From: Alphaproteobacteria bacterium
GTDB taxonomy: Bacteria; Pseudomonadota; Alphaproteobacteria; JBMOFM01
Direction: 5' to 3'
Assembly (NCBI GenBank): GCA_049318825.1
Contig: JBMOFM010000003.1
Coordinates: 12,889-76,888 of the forward strand
Length of the DNA stretch: 64,000 nt
This document shows, piece after piece, positions 1-9,418 of this stretch (positions are counted from its first letter, which is position 1; each line of letters opens with the position of its first letter). The notes beneath the pieces were generated by a model. It saw only the letters and a program-made list of their open reading frames with translations. It did not search any database and was not told the origin of the DNA. The position numbers were made by a program, and so were the translations under genes.

Positions 1-7
1 TTTAGAT

Positions 8-403
8 GTGGTGTTGATAACATCTTCGATTACGCTGGGGCGCATTATTGGTAGGCAACTTGATGGGTTGGGGCTCAATGTGTCCACCTTTTACGATCCA
101 TTTCAGGCATTATCGTATATTGTGAGAATGCAGCCAGATTTAGTGGTAACCAGTGCGGTATTGAATGGTATGACCGGGGTGGATTTATTATCCTGTTTAC
201 AAGTGATGCACCATACGGGTCATATTCTGGGTATTATTGTAACCAGCACTAAAAAAGATGCTAAGGATAATAGCCACAGCCAACAGCAATTCAAAATCGC
301 TTTTTTAGAGAAAACCTTAAAAGAAGATTTATTAAATTTTATTCACCGCTTTTGCATTACTAAACCAGCCCTTGGCAAAGAGGCGGCTGTTCCTGCTGCT
401 TAA
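8..403 (+). CDS. CheY-like receiver-domain protein lacking the usual acidic pocket and phospho-acceptor Asp (pseudo-receiver); N-terminus may lie upstream of the window
   Basis: The translation has receiver-domain spacing (DLVVTSAVLNGMTGVDLL... IIVTSTKKD), but Ser/Thr occupy the DD and D positions; the frame is open to the window edge. Confidence 0.4.
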   Translation: MVLITSSITLGRIIGRQLDGLGLNVSTFYDPFQALSYIVRMQPDLVVTSAVLNGMTGVDLLSCLQVMHHTGHILGIIVTSTKKDAKDNSHSQQQFKIAFLEKTLKEDLLNFIHRFCITKPALGKEAAVPAA

Positions 404-488
404 AGCAATCATGTCTGTTTGTCATAGTTTCTTTAAGGTTGTGCTGCTATATGGTGGCTGCTGATTTTTGATAAAAAACAAGCAGCAT

Positions 489-1325
489 ATGAATAAGAAA
501 ATTCTCTTGATTGGTTGTGGCCGCATGGGTTCTGCCATGTTAAAAGGCTGGCTGGCGGCGGATATGGGTTGCTATATTGTGGTGGTTGACCCTTCAGCAC
601 CCCAAAATACAACATGCCAGAGCATGCAGCAAAAAAAACTGGGGGCTTGTTACTCATCGCTTGCAGAATCGCTACAGGCGCAAGGATATGATTTTGAGGC
701 CATTATATTGGCCGTAAAGCCCGCTATGATTGCGGATATGTTACAACAAATCATCGATTCTCAATTAAAGGCCGCGCTTATTCTCTCGGTGGCAGCGGGC
801 AAAAAAAATAGCTGGATGCGGTCGATATTGGGCACTTATTTGCCTGCCACTCTGGTGCGGGTCATGCCCAATTTACCCATGGAAATAGGGCATGGCGTTA
901 GCGTATGCGTAGCAGAAAAAGGGGTAACACCAGAATCACGGCAATTGGCTAATACCATGCTATCGGCGGCTGGTATGTGTTATTGGCTAGAAGATGAAAA
1001 GCTGATGGATGCCGTGACCGCTCTTTCGGGTAGTGGGCCTGCTTATGTGTTTTTACTCATTGAATTGCTGGCAAAATCAGCGCAAAAATTAGGCTTGCCG
1101 CCAGAATTGGCCGATAAGCTTGCAGTGCATACCGTAAAAGGCGCAGGCATGATGGCCGCCCTGGCCGATAGGGCGGCTGAACAATTGCGGGCAGAAGTCA
1201 CCAGCCCCAACGGTACAACAGCCTCCGCCTTGAATATTTTTATGCGAGATGATGCCCTTGCTACCTTGGTGGATGGCGCATTAGCCGCTGCTTGTAAGCG
1301 GTCGCAAGAAATGTCGGATGCATAA
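489..1325 (+). CDS. proC: pyrroline-5-carboxylate reductase
   Basis: N-terminal Rossmann motif MNKKILLIGCGRMGSAM, length about 279 aa, P5CR-like C-terminal half; the ATG at 489 is in frame with the listed ORF. Confidence 0.85.
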   Translation: MNKKILLIGCGRMGSAMLKGWLAADMGCYIVVVDPSAPQNTTCQSMQQKKLGACYSSLAESLQAQGYDFEAIILAVKPAMIADMLQQIIDSQLKAALILSVAAGKKNSWMRSILGTYLPATLVRVMPNLPMEIGHGVSVCVAEKGVTPESRQLANTMLSAAGMCYWLEDEKLMDAVTALSGSGPAYVFLLIELLAKSAQKLGLPPELADKLAVHTVKGAGMMAALADRAAEQLRAEVTSPNGTTASALNIFMRDDALATLVDGALAAACKRSQEMSDA

Positions 1326-1389
1326 ATTTTGCTTTTATATTTTTTTATTTGAGCTAAAGTTTGTGTAAAATAAGCAATATATAATTAAC

Positions 1390-2907
1390 ATGAGCTCTCT
1401 TCTTCATCGTATCAGCCATGGCGCAACCGCCCAAGAGCAACAGCGTTTAGCACAAATAGGTTGGCCAGCCTATGTGGATGAGCAATTAAAAGGGGGCGAA
1501 GATCAACGTCTGCAAGACGTACTGGCTTCGGCTAAATTATTAATAGAGCATGGTTTTACCCATGAATATCGCCCCTTATCCTCTCTGAATAAACCAATCA
1601 ATCAATTATGGCATCTCAGCGATTGGCAGGAATCATGGCATTGGGAAGAACGGATTCGCCCCGCGCGTGAAGTGGCCGCAGCTACTTGGTTACGGGCTAT
1701 CTATAGCCGCTGGCAATTACAAGAGGTACTGGTTGATTTCTGGCATAATCATTTTCATGTGAATGCTGGTGGGGATAATATAGAAGTGGCCGTGGCCTTG
1801 CCTGAATATGACCGTGCAGTGATCCGCCCACATTTATTGGGTAATTTCCGCGAGATGTTAGAAGCCGTGGCTCAAAGCACGGCCATGTTGGCTTATTTGA
1901 ACAATGCCAGCAGCAGGGCTAGCCCTGCCAATGAAAATTATGCGCGGGAATTATTTGAGCTACATACATTGGGCGCGGGTAATTATTATAATCATTTATA
2001 TAATCGCTGGCGTGATGTACCTGGGGCAGAACAAGGCAGTGCCATTGGCTATATCGATCAAGATGTGTATGAAGCCGCCCGTGCCCTTACGGGGTGGACA
2101 ATTGCCTCGGGTTATGAAGCAGCATTGGGACAAAAATTTCCCACAGGGGGTGGTTTTTACTATCATGATGCGTGGCACGATAATTACCAGAAACGCATTT
2201 TAGGGGTAGAATTTGAGCCCAATCAACCGCCATTGGCCGATGGGCGTAAATTATTGGATTTGGTGGCCTATCATGCGGGTACGGCGCAGCATCTCTGTTG
2301 GAAGCTCTGTCGCCGTTTGGTAGCGGATAATCCATCGGCACAACTTGTTCGCAGTGCAGCGGCTCTATGGATCAGCAATGCCCGTCATCCCAATCAGATT
2401 TCTATCGTGGTGCGCCATATTTTATTATCGGCAGAATATACCAGCCAATCAACCAGTAAAGCCATGAGGCCATTGGCATTGCTGGTTGCCATGCAGCGGC
2501 ATAGCGGTATAGCCCTTTATCCTGAAGCCAAGCATTTTTATTTACTGAAAAATATGGGGCAGCATCTTTTTTCATGGCCAGCCCCCAATGGCCACCCCGA
2601 TGGCAATGATTATTGGTTGCAATCTGGGTTTATGTTGCGCCGTTGGCAGGCTATCCATGATTTGGCTGTGGACATAATAAAAGCGGCGCCCGCCCAGCAA
2701 TGGCCTTCTCCTGAAGCATTTGTTCAAGATTGGGCGGGGCGTTTGGCACCCAATAATTTGGTGGTAAAACCGCAAGCCTTGGCCATATTGCGTGAGTATG
2801 TGGGCGCGGCCACCATTGTGCTGGATAGCCAGAATAAAAATCAACAATGGGGTATGGCACAAGCCATTGGCCTTATCGCTTCAATGCCTGAACGCCAGCT
2901 AGGATAG
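1390..2907 (+). CDS. DUF1800 family protein
   Basis: About 505 aa with the composition and motifs I associate with DUF1800 (FWHNHFHV region); immediately followed by a Tat-signal DUF1501 gene, which is the conserved pairing. Confidence 0.65.
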   Translation: MSSLLHRISHGATAQEQQRLAQIGWPAYVDEQLKGGEDQRLQDVLASAKLLIEHGFTHEYRPLSSLNKPINQLWHLSDWQESWHWEERIRPAREVAAATWLRAIYSRWQLQEVLVDFWHNHFHVNAGGDNIEVAVALPEYDRAVIRPHLLGNFREMLEAVAQSTAMLAYLNNASSRASPANENYARELFELHTLGAGNYYNHLYNRWRDVPGAEQGSAIGYIDQDVYEAARALTGWTIASGYEAALGQKFPTGGGFYYHDAWHDNYQKRILGVEFEPNQPPLADGRKLLDLVAYHAGTAQHLCWKLCRRLVADNPSAQLVRSAAALWISNARHPNQISIVVRHILLSAEYTSQSTSKAMRPLALLVAMQRHSGIALYPEAKHFYLLKNMGQHLFSWPAPNGHPDGNDYWLQSGFMLRRWQAIHDLAVDIIKAAPAQQWPSPEAFVQDWAGRLAPNNLVVKPQALAILREYVGAATIVLDSQNKNQQWGMAQAIGLIASMPERQLG

Positions 2908-2919
2908 AGATAAACACTC

Positions 2920-4152
2920 ATGAATGTAACCCGACGTGATTTTCTACTATCTTGCGGCGCAGCAGCGGCTAGCTTTCCAGCCTTTTCTTTGAAGTTGGCG
3001 TATAGTGCCCCCCCCAGTAATACAAGTAATACGCCGCTATTATTGCATGTTTTTTTACGCGGCGGGATGGATGGCTTGCAATTAATAGCCCCGCTTACCG
3101 ACCCTTATTATATAGCCGCCCGCCCGCAGCCATTGCGGGTTAATGCCCATGGCAAAGCATTTGTGCTGGATAATGCCTATGGGGAGGAAGCTTTTTTCAT
3201 TAACCCCCGCGCCACGGCTCTCCATCAATTATACCAGCAAGGTTATTTAGCGGTTATTCATGCCTGTGGTCTTACCCATGAAACACGCAGCCATTTTGAA
3301 GCCAGCGATATGATAGAGCGTGGCACCCATAATAAAATGGAAAAAAGCGGTTGGTTATCGCGTTTATTCAATTTATTGCAAACAAATGGGCCGCAAGAAG
3401 CCTTGGCCATGGGTAATGGTGTGCCCACCTCTTTATTGGGGTGCTCTCACCTATTGCCGTTGGTTGATCAATGGTCGCTGGATTGGCCATCTTCTAAAAC
3501 CACCATGGATTTTTTGCGGGCAGCTTATGACCATTATCCCCTATTGGGGGAGGCAGCACTCAATGCGTTGGACGTATCCAGCCAAATGGCGGCCAGTGTG
3601 CTGCGTGATAGCAACCAACAGATTATTATTCCAGAGCCTCCCCGCAATATTAATTATGGCGAGCACTCTTTTGGTCAAGGATTAAAATTTCTGGCGCATA
3701 TGGTGCAGCGTAACCCATTGGTGAATATGGCCAATATTGAGCTGGATGGTTGGGATACGCACGAACAGCAAAGCGATCATTTTGGTAATTTACTGGAGAC
3801 CTTGTCACAAGGCGTGCGTGCCTTTTTTCAGCAGATGAATAGCCAACAGCGAAATGTGTTGATTGTGGTGCATAGCGAATTTGGCCGTAGGCTAAAGGCC
3901 AATGAAAGCGGTGGCACTGATCACGGCCATGGTAATGTGATGCTGGTGATAGGCCAACAAATAAAAGGGGGGCGTTGTTATGGTGCGTGGCCGGGCCTTG
4001 CCACCGAGCAGCTCAGCCAACAGGCTGATCTACAAGTAACCACCGATTATCGCCATGTGCTGGCGTCGTTATTGCCAGCCTATGGTTTGGCGGTCAATGC
4101 CCCGCTTTTCCCTGATTTTTCTGCGAGGGCATTGCCCTTATTGCGCCAGTAA
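2920..4152 (+). CDS. DUF1501 family protein with twin-arginine signal (sulfatase/alkaline-phosphatase-like fold)
   Basis: N-terminus MNVTRRDFLLSCGAAAASFPAFS is a Tat motif; about 410 aa; HSEFGRR and GGTDHGHG motifs typical of DUF1501. Confidence 0.7.
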   Translation: MNVTRRDFLLSCGAAAASFPAFSLKLAYSAPPSNTSNTPLLLHVFLRGGMDGLQLIAPLTDPYYIAARPQPLRVNAHGKAFVLDNAYGEEAFFINPRATALHQLYQQGYLAVIHACGLTHETRSHFEASDMIERGTHNKMEKSGWLSRLFNLLQTNGPQEALAMGNGVPTSLLGCSHLLPLVDQWSLDWPSSKTTMDFLRAAYDHYPLLGEAALNALDVSSQMAASVLRDSNQQIIIPEPPRNINYGEHSFGQGLKFLAHMVQRNPLVNMANIELDGWDTHEQQSDHFGNLLETLSQGVRAFFQQMNSQQRNVLIVVHSEFGRRLKANESGGTDHGHGNVMLVIGQQIKGGRCYGAWPGLATEQLSQQADLQVTTDYRHVLASLLPAYGLAVNAPLFPDFSARALPLLRQ

Positions 4153-4213
4153 TTTTTATTTGTAATTTTAGTTTTTTATTTCTTATTTAACTAAATTGCA
4201 GTATAATCGCAAA

Positions 4214-5869
4214 ATGACTGATTATAACCAACATTATGATTTATCCAAGGGCGCACCCGTTGCCCCTTTTACCCATGGCGTAACTTATGCTTTTACTAAA
4301 GCAGCAGAAGACGTGCATCAATATGATGACGATGGCCGCATGGGAAAAAAAATAAGAAATAATATTTACGAGGGTGTATGTGAAATTATTAATTTGCCAT
4401 CAGGTCGTAAGGGAATTGCTACCAATTCCTATATTCTCACCAATGGTACAGGTCATGGTTTCTCTCTGATTGCTCGCCAATTAAGCCATAATATTAGCAA
4501 GCTTAATGAATTAATGAATAATATAAGCGTCGATCAGCGATTGAAGCCAGTCATGATAATGCCGACTCCAACCTATGGCTTGATCCATGATGATGCTCTC
4601 CAAAAGGGGATTGAAATTGTGCACATAGAGCGCGACCGTGATAATGAATGGCGCGTGAACCCAAAGCAATTATGGGCAAAGTTGGCTGCTATTGCTGCTA
4701 ATCCGCAACAATGGTTGGTGGGTTATTATGATAATAGCCCCAATAACCCCACCGGTACAATCAGAAGCCGCGAGGAAACCCAAGAACTGGCCGAGATATT
4801 GGCCGTTTATCATCAATTCAACCAACAGCGTTTCAATGATATATTGGACGCGCATAAAGTTGATAAAAAGATGATCTTTCAGCTTAAAGAGTTAAAACCG
4901 TGGCTGGCAGGTATTAACCTTGTGGATGATATGGTGTATTGGGGCAATGAGCACCAACAAGATGTAAAAGCCTGTAGTTTTGCTGCGCTGGCCAATGATG
5001 ATAATGACGATATTGCCGATATGGCCGCCAATGGCTTTGTTTTATTAGGCTCGTCTAAAATTGGCTTGGCTGCTTTGCGTGGTGGCTTCGTGGTGGGGTT
5101 GAATAGAGATAAAATTGAACTTCTGCAAAGAATGGTGAAAAGTGAACATTATTTTGTTTCACTGCCCGCCTCTTATGGGGTGGAGGCAAGTTTTTCTACA
5201 GCAGAGGAACATCTAAACCCCAGAACAGAACATCTGGCCAGCATGAATCAGCAGCATCAATTTTGTATGAAACTGCTCAAAGCAATGGTGGATGGGATTA
5301 ATAGCGCGGCGGTGAGCGCGGAAGAAGCGGTAAGAATGCGTGGGCTAGTGGCCGAACATTTTGCGGTGGATGAACAAAAGGCGGCTAATATTCTAAAGCA
5401 TGGTATTGCTGGCGTTAAGGTAGTAACCCACCCCAAAGCGGGATTTTTTCAACTGCTTGATTTCAGTGCCCTGAAGGATAAATTTGTTTCTAATCATTTT
5501 TATCCATCCAAACAATTTTCTGGGGCGCAATTGGTGGAAGATGAACGCCAAATATTGGCGGTCACCAATGCCTATAAATTAAGCTTATGTTGCGGTTCAT
5601 GGTGTTATAGCAAAGGCAAAGATTGCTTATTTCGTGTGAGTTGCGCCACACCAGATCCGCGCAATATCATAGAGTTTGTGGCACGGTTGGTAGCGGCCAC
5701 CAACCATTTTCAGCCAACTGAAGATGCAGCCATTGATCATGGCAGGGTTTCTTATTTTCAGTTCTCCCCGCAGGAAAAAAGCGAGTTATTTGTTCCTGCC
5801 ATTAAAAATGGGCAAAAATCTCTAAAATGGGCGCAGCCAAATTGCCAACCCATACTAGCTGTTTTGTAA
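4214..5869 (+). CDS. class I/II PLP-dependent aminotransferase-like protein, unusually long (about 551 aa) with insertions
   Basis: Aminotransferase motifs seen in the translation: NSPNNPTG (NPxNPTG), SSKIGLAALRGGFVVG (PLP-lysine SxSKxxxxxGxRxG), C-terminal FRVSCATP Arg motif. The listed ORF starts at TTG 4196; the ATG at 4214 is the likely start. Confidence 0.55.
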   Translation: MTDYNQHYDLSKGAPVAPFTHGVTYAFTKAAEDVHQYDDDGRMGKKIRNNIYEGVCEIINLPSGRKGIATNSYILTNGTGHGFSLIARQLSHNISKLNELMNNISVDQRLKPVMIMPTPTYGLIHDDALQKGIEIVHIERDRDNEWRVNPKQLWAKLAAIAANPQQWLVGYYDNSPNNPTGTIRSREETQELAEILAVYHQFNQQRFNDILDAHKVDKKMIFQLKELKPWLAGINLVDDMVYWGNEHQQDVKACSFAALANDDNDDIADMAANGFVLLGSSKIGLAALRGGFVVGLNRDKIELLQRMVKSEHYFVSLPASYGVEASFSTAEEHLNPRTEHLASMNQQHQFCMKLLKAMVDGINSAAVSAEEAVRMRGLVAEHFAVDEQKAANILKHGIAGVKVVTHPKAGFFQLLDFSALKDKFVSNHFYPSKQFSGAQLVEDERQILAVTNAYKLSLCCGSWCYSKGKDCLFRVSCATPDPRNIIEFVARLVAATNHFQPTEDAAIDHGRVSYFQFSPQEKSELFVPAIKNGQKSLKWAQPNCQPILAVL

Positions 5870-5936
5870 GAAGCCATAAGATTTGTTGTTTTACAGCCAA
5901 TCATCGGGCAGGCTGTTGGGGTGTTATTGATATTGA

Positions 5937-8900
5937 TTGCCCATCATTATGCTTGCTTGTGATTTTTCCCGCCTTCCCCGCGCTGCCCATGCGGCGGCTT
6001 TAACCACTGGCCTCCAGCAATGGCAGGAAAAAGCCACTATAGTGCAAGCCTCTACCCCAAGCCTTGCAGCTTTTATGCAGGATATGGCCAGTGATGAGGG
6101 TGGGGCTAAAATATTGGCCGCGATATTTGGCAATAGCCCGCACATTACCGCATTATTGCTGCAAAATCCAGATATTTTGTACCAGATGAGCCAATCTAAG
6201 CTGGAAGATTGTTTCAATTTTTTACTGGAAGAAACCAGCCAGCAATTTCAAGCAATTACCGATCAACCAGCCTTAATGCGCCTGTTAAGGCAATTAAAGG
6301 CCAAGGGGCAGTTGATGGTGGCTTTGGCTGATATTGGTGGTTTATGGAATTTGGTGCAAATTACCGATGCCTTATCGGATATAGCAGAAACAGCCTTGCG
6401 GCTGGCACTTTCCTTTTTGCTAAAAAAAGCGGTGAAGGATGGTTGGCTGCGGGTAGATAATCCAGAATATCCAGAATTGGAGAGTGGCTATTTTATTTTG
6501 GCCATGGGCAAATTGGGCGCGCGTGAACTCAACTATTCTTCGGATATTGATCTGATTATTTTCTACGATCCAGCCAAAGCCAAGTTGGTGGATGAAACGA
6601 TGGCGGGGCATTATTTTGTACGGCTAACGCGGGAATTGGTGCGCATTATGGATGAACGCACCGAAGATGGTTATGTTTTTCGTACCGATTTACGGCTGCG
6701 CCCCGACCCTTCGGCCATGCCCTTAGCGGTTTCGGTGAATACGGCAGAGGTATATTATGCCAGCACTGGCCAGAATTGGGAACGGGCGGCGATGATTAAG
6801 GCGCGGGCGGTGGCCGGAGATTATGAGGCCGCGGAGAGTTTTCTGGCCATGATTTCAGCATGGGTGTGGCGGCGGTCGCTGGATTTTGCTGCCGTTGAAG
6901 ATATTCGTAACATCAAGCGGCGTATTCATTCGGCGCGCGGCCATCAAAAACTGGCGGTAGAGGGGCATGATGTAAAATTGGGGCGGGGTGGTATTCGCGA
7001 GATTGAGTTTTTTGTGCAAACCCAGCAATTAATTTTTGGCGGGCGCGATTGGGGCTTACGCGCTTCTACTACTTGCGGGGCGTTGGCCTCTTTAAGCCAA
7101 AGCAAGCGTATTGCCCCTGAAAGCCGCGATCAATTAATTCGTGCTTATGAATTTTTGCGCAAAACCGAACATCGTCTGCAAATGTTGGCCGATCAACAAA
7201 CCCATCAATTGCCCAGCAATAGTGCCGAGTTAGAAGCCTTTGCCTGTTTTATGGGGTTTGCGCATCAGCAAGAATTTAAGAATATTTTGCTACGCCACAT
7301 GCGGGCGGTGGAAAGCCATTATGCAAAATTATTTGAAGAAGCCCCCAGCCTTGCCCCCATGCGTAGCTTGGTGCTGAATGGTAGTGAAGAAGAAGATATA
7401 GCTGCCACGGCAAAATTACAGGAAATGGGGTTTCATAGCGCAAAAAATATTGTGAGCCGCATTAAGGCTTGGCACTATGGCCGTTACCGTTCTACCCGTA
7501 CCGAAAAAGCGCGGGAATATCTTTCACAGCTCACCCCTTCTTTATTGCAGGCTTTTAGCAAGGCTTCTTTCCCCGATGAAGCCTTTGCCCATTTCGATCA
7601 GTTTTTGGAAAAACTACCCGCTGGCGTGCAGCTATTTACCCTGTTATATCAAAACCCAACCTTGTTGGATATGCTGGCCAATATTATGGGATCCGCTCCA
7701 GCATTAGCAGCGGAATTATCGGCCGACCCATCATTAATGGATTGCCTGATGACGGGCGGTTATCTGGATGAATTGCCGTTCCGCCAGCAGCTCAATAATC
7801 AACTTACGCAGATATTAGCCCGCGCCCGCCATTATGAAGATTCGCTCACCATGCTGCGCCGTTTTGTGCGCGAACATCGCTTTCAGGCGGGGGTGCGTAT
7901 TTTATGTGGGTTTTCCCAAGGCTTAACGGTAAACCAGTTTCTTGCTGATCTGGCCGAAATTACCTTGCAGCATGTGATGCGGGTGGTAGAGCAGGAATAT
8001 GCCATTAAGCATGGGGTGTTTGAAAAGGGGGGGGCTGCAATTATTGCCTTGGGGCAATTGGGCGGCGGGCAAATGTCGGCCAGTTCAGATATTGATTTGA
8101 TTATTGTGTATGATACGGGTACTGGCACGGATGTTAGTGCCCTTTCTCAAGGTGAAAAACCCTTGGATGCCCCGCGCTATTTTCTGGGGCTTACGCAGCG
8201 TTTGGTTTCGGCCATCAGCGCGCCCACCGAGGCGGGCAAATTATATGAGGTGGATTTACGCCTACGGCCTTCTGGCACTAAAGGACCATTAGCCATTAGT
8301 GTGGATGGTTTTGAACAATATCATGCCACCAGTGCTTGGACATGGGAACATATGGCCTTGTGCCATAGCCGCGTGATTACTGGCTCTAGCTTATTGCGCC
8401 AACGGTTGGAAGGGATTATCCATTACACCCTTACCCGTCAACGGAATTTGAAACAATTATGGCATGATGTGGCGGATATGCGCCGCCGCGTGGCTATGGA
8501 ATTTCCCGCCAAAAGCTTATGGGATGTTAAATATACTAGGGGCGGGTTAGTGGATATTGCCTTCACGGTGCAATGTTTACTATTGGCGCATGCTTGGCAC
8601 AACCGTGAAATTTTAGCCCCCGATACCAGACAAGCCATCATCAATTTAGAACAAGCAGGCGTGCTAAGCGAAACCGATGCAATGATCTTAAATGAAGGTC
8701 TGGCCGTGCAACGACGGGTGCAGGCATTTTTGCGCTTGGCGGGTGATGGTTATCAGGAAGACAAAATGCCCTCTGCCTTGCTGCGCTCATTGGCCAGCAC
8801 TATTTTATCAGCAACAGAACAGGGTACAGAAATAGGCACAGCCAGTGGTGTTGGCTTACACCGTGCTATTTCGCGGTTGGTGAGTTTGCAGGAAAAATGT

Positions 8901-8966
8901 TATGGCCTTTATCTGCGCCTTGTGGAACAAAATGACCAAGAGTTTGAAAAGGAAATAACGCCATGA
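5937..8966 (+). CDS. glnE: bifunctional glutamine synthetase adenylyltransferase/adenylyl-removing enzyme
   Basis: 1009 aa; two nucleotidyltransferase cores (GKLGARELNYSSDIDLIIFY and GQLGGGQMSASSDIDLIIVY) with GlnE-specific spacing. Confidence 0.9.
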   Translation: MPIIMLACDFSRLPRAAHAAALTTGLQQWQEKATIVQASTPSLAAFMQDMASDEGGAKILAAIFGNSPHITALLLQNPDILYQMSQSKLEDCFNFLLEETSQQFQAITDQPALMRLLRQLKAKGQLMVALADIGGLWNLVQITDALSDIAETALRLALSFLLKKAVKDGWLRVDNPEYPELESGYFILAMGKLGARELNYSSDIDLIIFYDPAKAKLVDETMAGHYFVRLTRELVRIMDERTEDGYVFRTDLRLRPDPSAMPLAVSVNTAEVYYASTGQNWERAAMIKARAVAGDYEAAESFLAMISAWVWRRSLDFAAVEDIRNIKRRIHSARGHQKLAVEGHDVKLGRGGIREIEFFVQTQQLIFGGRDWGLRASTTCGALASLSQSKRIAPESRDQLIRAYEFLRKTEHRLQMLADQQTHQLPSNSAELEAFACFMGFAHQQEFKNILLRHMRAVESHYAKLFEEAPSLAPMRSLVLNGSEEEDIAATAKLQEMGFHSAKNIVSRIKAWHYGRYRSTRTEKAREYLSQLTPSLLQAFSKASFPDEAFAHFDQFLEKLPAGVQLFTLLYQNPTLLDMLANIMGSAPALAAELSADPSLMDCLMTGGYLDELPFRQQLNNQLTQILARARHYEDSLTMLRRFVREHRFQAGVRILCGFSQGLTVNQFLADLAEITLQHVMRVVEQEYAIKHGVFEKGGAAIIALGQLGGGQMSASSDIDLIIVYDTGTGTDVSALSQGEKPLDAPRYFLGLTQRLVSAISAPTEAGKLYEVDLRLRPSGTKGPLAISVDGFEQYHATSAWTWEHMALCHSRVITGSSLLRQRLEGIIHYTLTRQRNLKQLWHDVADMRRRVAMEFPAKSLWDVKYTRGGLVDIAFTVQCLLLAHAWHNREILAPDTRQAIINLEQAGVLSETDAMILNEGLAVQRRVQAFLRLAGDGYQEDKMPSALLRSLASTILSATEQGTEIGTASGVGLHRAISRLVSLQEKCYGLYLRLVEQNDQEFEKEITP

Positions 8967-9418
8967 TTGGTAGCCAAGCCCCAGATTTTACCCTGCCAGA
9001 TGATAAGGGCAATATGACGACCCTTTCTGCACAAAAGGGAAAGGCTGTATTATTATATTTTTACCCCAAGGATGATACCTCAGGCTGCACCAAACAGGCT
9101 TGTGCTTTTCGCGATCAATTTCCTGAATTTTCTGATAAAAATCTTCTGGTATTGGGTGTTTCTAAGGATAGCGTGGTCTCGCATGGCCGTTTTCGTGATA
9201 AATATAGCCTCAATTTTCCCTTGCTTTCCGATAGCGAAGGCACGGTGTGCGAAGCGTACGGGGTGTGGAAAGAAAAAAGCATGTATGGCAAAAAATATAT
9301 GGGGATTGAACGCACCAGCTTTTTAATCGATGCTGAGGGCATTATTCGTCATATCTGGCCAAAAGTAAAAATAGACGGCCATGCTGAAGATGTACTAAAA
9401 ATTTTCACCAGTTTGTAA
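8963..9418 (+). CDS. bcp: thiol peroxidase / peroxiredoxin Q (Bcp)
   Basis: APDFTLPDDKG...YFYPKDDTSGCTKQAC peroxiredoxin active-site motif; 151 aa; ATGA overlap with the glnE stop. Confidence 0.85.
   Translation: MIGSQAPDFTLPDDKGNMTTLSAQKGKAVLLYFYPKDDTSGCTKQACAFRDQFPEFSDKNLLVLGVSKDSVVSHGRFRDKYSLNFPLLSDSEGTVCEAYGVWKEKSMYGKKYMGIERTSFLIDAEGIIRHIWPKVKIDGHAEDVLKIFTSL

Noticed and set aside
1904-2203. 99-aa plus-strand ORF (and overlapping minus-strand ORFs 1996-2341) inside the DUF1800 gene
   Set aside because: They are alternative-frame ORFs within a longer, better-supported gene. They show no motifs.
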